Part shown: positions 57,800 to 64,000 of the stretch, piece by piece
How positions within the stretch are numbered: the stretch's first letter is position 1
How the letters are laid out: every line of letters begins with the position of its first letter
NCBI GenBank assembly: GCA_964575755.1
Contig: CAZNRH010000002.1
Span: 70,351-134,350, forward strand
DNA from: an uncultured Candidatus Saccharibacteria bacterium
GTDB taxonomy: Bacteria; Patescibacteriota; Minisyncoccia; Phycocordibacterales; JABMNX01
Length of the DNA stretch: 64,000 bases
Direction of reading: 5' to 3'
The notes under the pieces: model-generated
Seen by the model: the letters and a program-made list of their open reading frames with translations, nothing else
Database searches by the model: none
Told to the model about the DNA's origin: nothing
Position numbers and translations under genes: made by a program

Positions 57800-58372
57800 T
57801 CTGGTTGTTTAATTTTTGTGTAATTTGAGTAGTTTTAAGCGTTTTTGTATCAACTGAATGTCGTCGGACGACCCTCAGCACAAACCTTGATATTTCTATC
57901 TGTAATATAAACCTATTACGCCAAACAAAGGAGCTAACTCACTCAATCTTTGATCTAAATACCCATCTAGAGACGAATTGCATGATAACCTCCCTTTATA
58001 TCACCACGTGACAACACTATCTGCCAAAGACTGAATAATCGATACTACATCAATATTTATTTTTGCAAGAGAAAGCCAGTCTTTTTGAATCTGTTCATGG
58101 GTTGTGCCAGTCAACTCTTCGAGTTCGGAGAACAATGAGTCTAAAGAAATCTTTCCAACATCAGCTGGTTGTAGGTACTCATCTTTCAGTCTGTATGCTT
58201 TTTCTTTCGGAAAAAACCTTTAAAACTAAATTGGTACAACTTCAGAACAAATAACACCGAAGAAGTCGAAGGCAATATTTTTTTATTAATGCTCATATGT
58301 TTAATTTTAACGCAACCAACACAAGTGTGATACTCGCTTGTCAACAAGCTACCTCGTGCTAGCTCTAAGTTG

Positions 58373-58459
58373 CGGAGATGAGAGGATTCGAACCCCTGAT
58401 ACGGTTTCCCGTATGCCACTTTTCGAAAGCGGTGCCTTCAACCACTCAGCCACATCTCC
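58373..58459 (-). tRNA. tRNA-Ser (anticodon CGA)
   Basis: Acceptor GGAGATG/CATCTCC. D-arm GCTG-AGTGGTTGAA. Anticodon loop TTCGAAA. Long variable arm. Discriminator G. Confidence 0.8.
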
Positions 58460-58558
58460 CATTACACCTATATGGTTAACAGCGTAGCATTTTTGCACAA
58501 ATACTAAAAGTATTGTATTATTCTCAAACGACTCATATATGTGAGTCGTTTAAAATAT

Positions 58559-58633
58559 GGCCCTATCGTCTAACGGTTAGGACATCAGGTTTTCAATCTG
58601 GTAATCAGAGTTCGATTCTCTGTAGGGTCACCA
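58559..58633 (+). tRNA. tRNA-Glu (anticodon UUC), CCA encoded
   Basis: Acceptor GGCCCTA/TAGGGTC. TC-GTCT...GGAC D-arm as in E. coli tRNA-Glu. Anticodon loop TTTTCAA. T-arm CAGAG-TTCGATT-CTCTG. Confidence 0.7.
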
Positions 58634-58776
58634 ATTTTTAAACTATATATACCAACGTATTTTTAATGTACCTAAAGGGACGTTGGAACCTTATATTTCT
58701 AATAAAATAGAAAAGATAAACTGAAATTTGAACTAAAGAGAACCAACATTGAAGTGCAACACTTCGCATATTTTGA

Positions 58777-59109
58777 TTAAAAACTTCTAATGGTGTTTTC
58801 CAACCCAAACGCTTCCTTGGGCGTGTATTCTACCATAGCTAATTCTTCCTCTGACACTTTGGTGAAGTCCGTACCTTTTGGATGGTAATCTCTCAGTAAT
58901 CCATTGGTATTTTCATCACTACCTCTCTCACTAGAGCAGTAGGGATGACAGAAGTATGTATTTGTATTGAGTTGAGTCTCAATATCGCGCCATCCTGCAT
59001 TTTCACTACCGTTATCAAACGTAATAGTATGTGTAGGGAGTGATTGTAGACGTTTCACAATAGCTTCTGTAGTCGCGGTACTCCCTTGTTCGTAAAGTTT
59101 AGTAATGGT
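58777..59109 (-). pseudogene. IS30-family transposase remnant (C-terminal ~110 aa only)
   Basis: ITFDNGSENAGW...YFCHPYCSSERGSDENTNGLLRDYHPKGTDF matches the IS30 DDE C-terminal block. No N-terminal HTH or DD region. The ORF-track version is fused to unrelated opposite-strand sequence. Confidence 0.6.
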
Positions 59110-59329
59110 AGAGCTTGGTAACGAAAATAGAACTCTTGTATACGAAGTAACAGTAGGAACACAAGAAGTCAAAGTAGATGCAGGCAATGGGTCTGTGCTA
59201 CACATTGGTAACGATGACAATGAAAAAGAATCCGCAGAGTCAGAAGAATCTGAATCTGAAAAAGGTGGAGACTTTGACAAAAATGGCATCGATCACCAGT
59301 TTGAAGGAGAGGAAGAGCATACTGATTAA
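59105..59329 (+). pseudogene. PepSY-like domain fragment with acidic tail (truncated gene remnant)
   Basis: LVYEVTVGTQEVKVDAGNGSVL resembles a PepSY repeat. No upstream coding continuation; it abuts the IS30 remnant. Confidence 0.35.
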
Positions 59330-59376
59330 ACCACATCTTCTTTTCTGCTCAAAAACCTCTTTATAGAAAGGGGTCT

Positions 59377-61500
59377 TTGATTTATAATAGATACATTATG
59401 GATTATTTTATATATTTACTATCAACACTTAAAGACTTTCCTGTACTTAGTTATTCAATAGTGGCAGTATTGGCATTTGCAGAGTCACTCGCTTTTGTGG
59501 GATTACTCGTTCCTGGGAGTATAGCTGTTGTTATTGGTGGGTTCTTGGCTGCACAGGGAATTATACATGTTGGATATCTTTTTGTAATAGTTGCAATTGC
59601 TGCTTTTTTTGGAGATAGCGTTAGTTATTATCTCGGCAGTAAAGGATACATTACTTTTCGTAAAGAAAATAAGATATTCAAGCCTGTTTTCTTAGAAAAA
59701 GGAGAAGTATATTTTAAAAAGCATGGAGGTAAAAGTGTTTTCTTCGGGCGTTTTATCGGTTGGATACGTCCCATTATTCCTTTTATTGCTGGGGTATTTA
59801 AGTTAGACAAAAAGATTTTTATAGTTTGGAATATATTAAGTGGAGTCTTGTGGGCAACTGCACATATCGCACTCGGCTATTTCTTCGGACAAGCATGGAA
59901 TGTTATCGTTCTATGGTCAACACGAGCAAGCATATTTATAGTTACTTTTTTGGGTATTATTTTTATTTTCTACATACTAAAATGGTTACTCATCAAAACA
60001 GGTAACCAACTTTTTTCTTTCCTACATTCAATATCACAGTCAATAAAAGTGGCAATAGCAAACAATGCAGATGTTAAAGAGTTCACAGTAAAGCACTCTG
60101 TATTTCTTAAATTTATAAAAGCACGTCTTAATAAAAAGAAGTTCTGGGGCTTGCCAACAACACTGCTTATTTTGAGTTTTGTATACACGCTTTCTCTTTT
60201 AGGAGGTACTGTTGAGGATGTCATCACTTCGGATATTATTGTTTCAGTAGATACGCGTGTAATGAATCTACTTGCATTGTTTAGGAATGCCGACCTCACA
60301 CAATTTTTCTTATGGATAACACTTCTTGGTAAATGGCAGATTGTACTTGGTTTTGTTGTGGCAGTGATAGGTATTTTATGGATGTGGCGCAAAAGATTAT
60401 ATATTCTTCCATTATTACTCACTATCGCAGGTGCTGAAATTTTTACTGCGATAAGTAAAATTATTTTCCACCGCCCACGACCAGAGTTGGCGATTTACGC
60501 GGAGCATTCTTTCTCCTTCCCAAGTGGACATGCCACAATTGCAGTTGTTTTTTATGGTTTTCTTACATACATACTCATCCGTCATTTTTCAAAATGGAAA
60601 ACAAAGGTAAATCTTTTTTTTGCAGGATTCGTAATAATTTTACTTATTGGATTTAGCCGTTTGTATCTTGGAGTTCATTATGTAAGTGATGTTTGGGGTG
60701 GGTACCTTGTAGGAGCAACTTGGCTAATTATTGGTGTAAGTATTTCGGAGTGGATTCATTCGTGGAAGAAAGACAAAATCAAACCAATCTCACAAACAAA
60801 AATTAAAATCGTATCTATTATTTTCATTTTATTATCACTCGGTTCGTATGTTTTGTTTGCCATTCAATATAATCCACAATTAAAACAACAAGTGACTAGA
60901 GAGGAGTTGTTTGTACAAAATCCAATTGATATTTTTATCGATGAGCAAATGAAATATACAGAAACATTGCTAGGAAAAAAACAAGAACCTCTTAGTTTTA
61001 TTATTCTTGCCAATAATGATAGCGAATTTATCAAAATTCTTGAGAACTCAGGCTGGCAGATGGCAGAAGATGTAAATATACGTTCATTTGCAAAAATCAC
61101 GGAAGCTGTGATTTTGAAAAGAGAGTATCTAAATGCTCCAATGACACCATCATTTTGGAATAAGCAGACACATGATTTTGGCTTTGAAAAACCAACAAAT
61201 ACAAACAACGTAAGGCAACGACATCATGCACGATTTTGGAAAACAAATTACAAAACTCTAAATGGAAAAAGAATGTATGTTGGTACTGCAAGTTTAGATA
61301 GTGGTATAAAATGGGGAGTGACACATAAAATAGACCCTAGTATAGATACAGAACGGGAGTTTTTGTTTGTGGATATTCAAAACACTGGAATATTACAATC
61401 ATCCCAAAAAGAACAATTTGTAAGACCCTCTATCGGTGAGAATTTCTCTGGAGATCAATTCTTTACAGATGGCAAAATATACATTTTATTTTTTAAGTAA
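59377..61500 (+). CDS. bifunctional DedA-family / PAP2 phosphatase membrane protein with C-terminal LssY-like domain
   Basis: DedA region (LVPGS...GYFFG). PAP2 motifs KIIFHRPRP, PSGH, SRLYLGVHYVSD. Soluble C-terminal domain. Confidence 0.75.
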   Translation: MIYNRYIMDYFIYLLSTLKDFPVLSYSIVAVLAFAESLAFVGLLVPGSIAVVIGGFLAAQGIIHVGYLFVIVAIAAFFGDSVSYYLGSKGYITFRKENKIFKPVFLEKGEVYFKKHGGKSVFFGRFIGWIRPIIPFIAGVFKLDKKIFIVWNILSGVLWATAHIALGYFFGQAWNVIVLWSTRASIFIVTFLGIIFIFYILKWLLIKTGNQLFSFLHSISQSIKVAIANNADVKEFTVKHSVFLKFIKARLNKKKFWGLPTTLLILSFVYTLSLLGGTVEDVITSDIIVSVDTRVMNLLALFRNADLTQFFLWITLLGKWQIVLGFVVAVIGILWMWRKRLYILPLLLTIAGAEIFTAISKIIFHRPRPELAIYAEHSFSFPSGHATIAVVFYGFLTYILIRHFSKWKTKVNLFFAGFVIILLIGFSRLYLGVHYVSDVWGGYLVGATWLIIGVSISEWIHSWKKDKIKPISQTKIKIVSIIFILLSLGSYVLFAIQYNPQLKQQVTREELFVQNPIDIFIDEQMKYTETLLGKKQEPLSFIILANNDSEFIKILENSGWQMAEDVNIRSFAKITEAVILKREYLNAPMTPSFWNKQTHDFGFEKPTNTNNVRQRHHARFWKTNYKTLNGKRMYVGTASLDSGIKWGVTHKIDPSIDTEREFLFVDIQNTGILQSSQKEQFVRPSIGENFSGDQFFTDGKIYILFFK

Positions 61501-61669
61501 AATGTACTAGTAAAAAGGGAGCCTCGCTTGCGCGCGCATTGGGTGGGTGGGGCAAGCACAATATGATTTGCTTGTGCGTTTAGCACAATCCTTATACGAT
61601 AGCAGACTACCTACAGGACAGGCGGGGCGAGAAGTGATAAAACTATCATGATAGAGTATAGTTACTCCT

Positions 61670-62827
61670 ATGAAAATTTTAAGTATTGAGACGAGTTGTG
61701 ACGAAACGGCTATTTGTATAGTTGAAGCTCACGGTGAACTTGAAAATATTTCTTTCAAGGTTCTTGCTGATTCCCTACTATCTCAAGCGCTACTTCATAG
61801 AGAATATGGTGGAGTATTTCCAACTCTTGCAAAGCGTGAACATGCTCGAAATCTTTCACCACTCCTCCAGAAGACTTTAGATAAAGCGGGTATGTTTGAA
61901 AAAATTAACTCACCCTTAACACGAGATCAAATCAGTGAACTAAAAGAGCTTCTCATGCGAGAGCCTGAATTATTTGTGTTACTCATTGCATTTTTAGGTA
62001 ATACTAAGAAGCCAGACTTAGACGCAATCGTTGTGACGGTAGGTCCAGGCCTTGAGCCTACGCTATGGGTTGGGATTAACTTCGCAAAAGCGCTTACGCT
62101 GGCGTGGGACATACCACTTGTACCAGTAAACCACATGGAGGGTCATGTACTTTCTTCTCTTATTAAGAACGATGCAATTACTTCTATTGGGTTCCCTGCT
62201 CTCGCTCTACTCATCTCTGGTGGACACACTCAGCTTGTGGTTATGAGGGACTGGTCACGCTATGAAATTATCGGTAACACAAGAGATGATGCTGTTGGCG
62301 AAGCGTTTGATAAGGTTGCTCGCATGCTTGGTCTCGAATACCCTGGTGGTCCAGAAATCTCAAAGCTTGCGCAATCTGCACGAGAAGAGAATCTTGAAAA
62401 ACCGTATTCCCTACCACGACCTATGATAGACACAGACAACTTCGACTTCTCTTTCTCTGGACTCAAGACAGCTGTAATGTATCTTATTCGCGACAAGGGG
62501 TCTTTAAGCGAAATTGATAAAAAACAAATTGCGCGTGAGTTTGAAGATTCTGTGTCTGAAGTACTTCTTGAAAAAACAAAACGTGCAATAGCAAAGTATG
62601 ATATTAAAACATTTATACTTGGCGGCGGAGTATCTGCTAATAAGCACATACGCTACACACTTGAGACACATCTACCTCAAGATGTTGAGAAGTTTACCCC
62701 ACCACTTGAGCTTACAGGAGACAACGCGGTTATGATTGCTGCTAGTGGTTACTTAACTATCGCATCAGGAAAAGAGATTCCGAAACTAGACGACATCAGT
62801 GCAAACGGTAATTTGGCTTTGCGATAA
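61670..62827 (+). CDS. tsaD: tRNA N6-adenosine threonylcarbamoyltransferase TsaD (with ~45-aa insertion)
   Basis: MKILSIETSCDETA start. HMEGH metal site. GGGVSAN C-terminal motif. Confidence 0.85.
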   Translation: MKILSIETSCDETAICIVEAHGELENISFKVLADSLLSQALLHREYGGVFPTLAKREHARNLSPLLQKTLDKAGMFEKINSPLTRDQISELKELLMREPELFVLLIAFLGNTKKPDLDAIVVTVGPGLEPTLWVGINFAKALTLAWDIPLVPVNHMEGHVLSSLIKNDAITSIGFPALALLISGGHTQLVVMRDWSRYEIIGNTRDDAVGEAFDKVARMLGLEYPGGPEISKLAQSAREENLEKPYSLPRPMIDTDNFDFSFSGLKTAVMYLIRDKGSLSEIDKKQIAREFEDSVSEVLLEKTKRAIAKYDIKTFILGGGVSANKHIRYTLETHLPQDVEKFTPPLELTGDNAVMIAASGYLTIASGKEIPKLDDISANGNLALR

Positions 62828-62850
62828 ATAACAAATTAATTATGAAAAGA

Positions 62851-62882
62851 AAAAAGCCACCGGGAGTATTTGTGGCTTTTGT
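62851..62882 (+). terminator. rho-independent terminator of tsaD
   Basis: Stem aaaaagccac/gtggctttt followed by gtac. Confidence 0.6.
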
Positions 62883-63459
62883 ACAAGGAGTATTATCTTT
62901 GTTTTTATATCCTCCACAACCCGGTGACAACCTATATCAGCGTCCATCTTAATGGTTTACTTAATTAAGATAAGTGGTAAGTCGGTTACACTACAACCAC
63001 TGATGCATTAATATTACTATCTTAAATAATGCACGTCAATAAAACTGAAACGATCCAATTTTGCAAGCAAAATTGGATCGTGTTCCGTATTGTCACGGAT
63101 GTGCATCGCGCGGATGTCTAGCGAGAACATCTCCAGAAACCAACATGTGGTTTACCTCATCCGGCACACAACAGCACAAGCAGTCAGGATCTATTTTTGG
63201 CCCTTTCAGCACCTTACCATTCAAAACCCTGTTGATTGGAATATAGTAGTGTGACCTGCTGTTACAAACAAGAACACTATGCTCAAACTCGGACAAAACA
63301 GTGCATTGAACGTTATCAGTCATAACATTATCCTCCAGTTAAAATCTACCATCTTTATAACGTATTCTTCAACCTGCGTCAAACGTGTACAGGCATACTT
63401 GTTAATACCATTGATATAACATGGTATTTTGCTATTATCTCCATATAAAGAATAAAGCC

Positions 63460-64000
63460 ATGGATGAAATATTTCTAAAACCATATGATTCAAAGTCTCA
63501 CGAAGATAATATATACAAGCGCTGGGAAGACAGTGGTTTCTTTAACCCTGATAACTTACCTGAAATATCTTCTGGAGAGCGTAAAGAACCATACTCTATA
63601 GTACTCCCTCCTCCAAATGTAACTGGAACGCTTCATATGGGGCACGCCGCAATGCTTGCAATTCAAGACATACTTATACGTTTTAATCGAATGTCTGGGA
63701 AAAAAACCCTCTGGGTTCCTGGTACTGACCACGCAGCTATTGCAACGCAATCTAAGGTAGAAAAAGAAATATATAAAAAAGAAAAAAAGACCCGACATGA
63801 CCTCGGCCGAGACGAATTTTTGAAACGTGTTGAAGAATTTGCACAAGAGAGTCACAACACTATCGTAACCCAAATAAAGAAAATGGGGTCTTCTGTCGAT
63901 TGGAGTCGTGAGGCATTTACGCTTGATGAAGCTCGAACAAAAGCCGTAAATACTGCCTTCAAAAATATGCATGAAGCTGGACTTATCTATCGTGGTGCAC
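63460..64000 (+). CDS. valS: valyl-tRNA synthetase (5' partial, runs off window end)
   Basis: PPPNVTGTLHMGHA HIGH-region and a ValRS-like N-terminus. Absent from the ORF track because no stop codon falls in the window. Confidence 0.85.
   Translation, partial: MDEIFLKPYDSKSHEDNIYKRWEDSGFFNPDNLPEISSGERKEPYSIVLPPPNVTGTLHMGHAAMLAIQDILIRFNRMSGKKTLWVPGTDHAAIATQSKVEKEIYKKEKKTRHDLGRDEFLKRVEEFAQESHNTIVTQIKKMGSSVDWSREAFTLDEARTKAVNTAFKNMHEAGLIYRGA

Noticed and set aside
63093-63323. 76-aa minus-strand ORF before valS
   Set aside because: Odd composition, overlaps a palindromic region (caattttgcaagcaaaattg), no motifs. Insufficient support to call.
1-64000. CRISPR arrays, rRNA genes, alternative genetic code
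   Set aside because: No regularly spaced direct repeats with unique spacers were seen. No rRNA-like conserved stretches. Long genes (clpB, gyrA, topA) are uninterrupted with the standard code, so UGA recoding is not indicated.

Overview
AT-rich bacterial chromosome segment with standard genetic code and no UGA-interrupted genes. Gene content and architecture look like a Candidate Phyla Radiation / Patescibacteria-type genome: short DnaX and IF-2, many TrbC/VirB2-like small pilin-type membrane proteins, and a bifunctional DedA/PAP2 protein. Housekeeping genes (code-11 translation assumed): dnaX, dus, ftsQ, serS, dprA, topA, rel, parB, a peroxiredoxin, miaA, rpmG (L33, below the ORF-track cutoff), clpB, a NifS/IscS-type desulfurase, infB-rbfA, gyrA, rpsA, pth, lepB, a HisRS-like paralog, rpsU-ybeY, ftsA-ftsZ, trxB, tsaD and valS (partial). 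Ten tRNA genes were found by manual cloverleaf folding: Gln, Leu-CAA, Trp, Tyr, Cys, Leu-TAA, Lys, Leu-TAG, Ser, Glu. No rRNA, CRISPR array or cas genes. The accessory content is unusual. (1) A family of ~115-140 nt elements with long terminal inverted repeats, and a tiny conserved ORF in three of six copies, sits directly against the start codons of ftsQ, topA, ftsZ and two pilin-cluster genes. The arms differ between copies yet stay complementary within each copy. (2) A mosaic of tRNA-linked repeats carries an AGACGGA(A)GC motif and repeatedly duplicates or complements the 3' end of the neighbouring tRNA. Three more tRNAs (Gln, Leu-CAA, Leu-TAG) have a partial or exact copy of their own sequence nearby. 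(3) A restriction-modification cassette (HNH nuclease, Eco57I-like N6A methyltransferase, candidate endonuclease, small ORF) is bracketed by a perfect 32-bp direct repeat. It lies next to a DUF2779 nuclease gene, two tRNAs and an IS30 transposase remnant. (4) A three-gene operon of unknown function (one product with a possible HEPN Rx4-6H motif) abuts tRNA-Gln. (5) A TrbC/VirB2-like pilin cluster contains a ~300-bp near-identical segmental duplication. (6) A sharply GC-rich ~450-bp island sits in an otherwise AT-rich intergenic region, bounded on the left by a 14-nt direct repeat that recurs inside it. (7) A HicAB toxin-antitoxin pair, a catalytically dead HtrA-like protein and a prokaryotic PLA2-like protein are also present.
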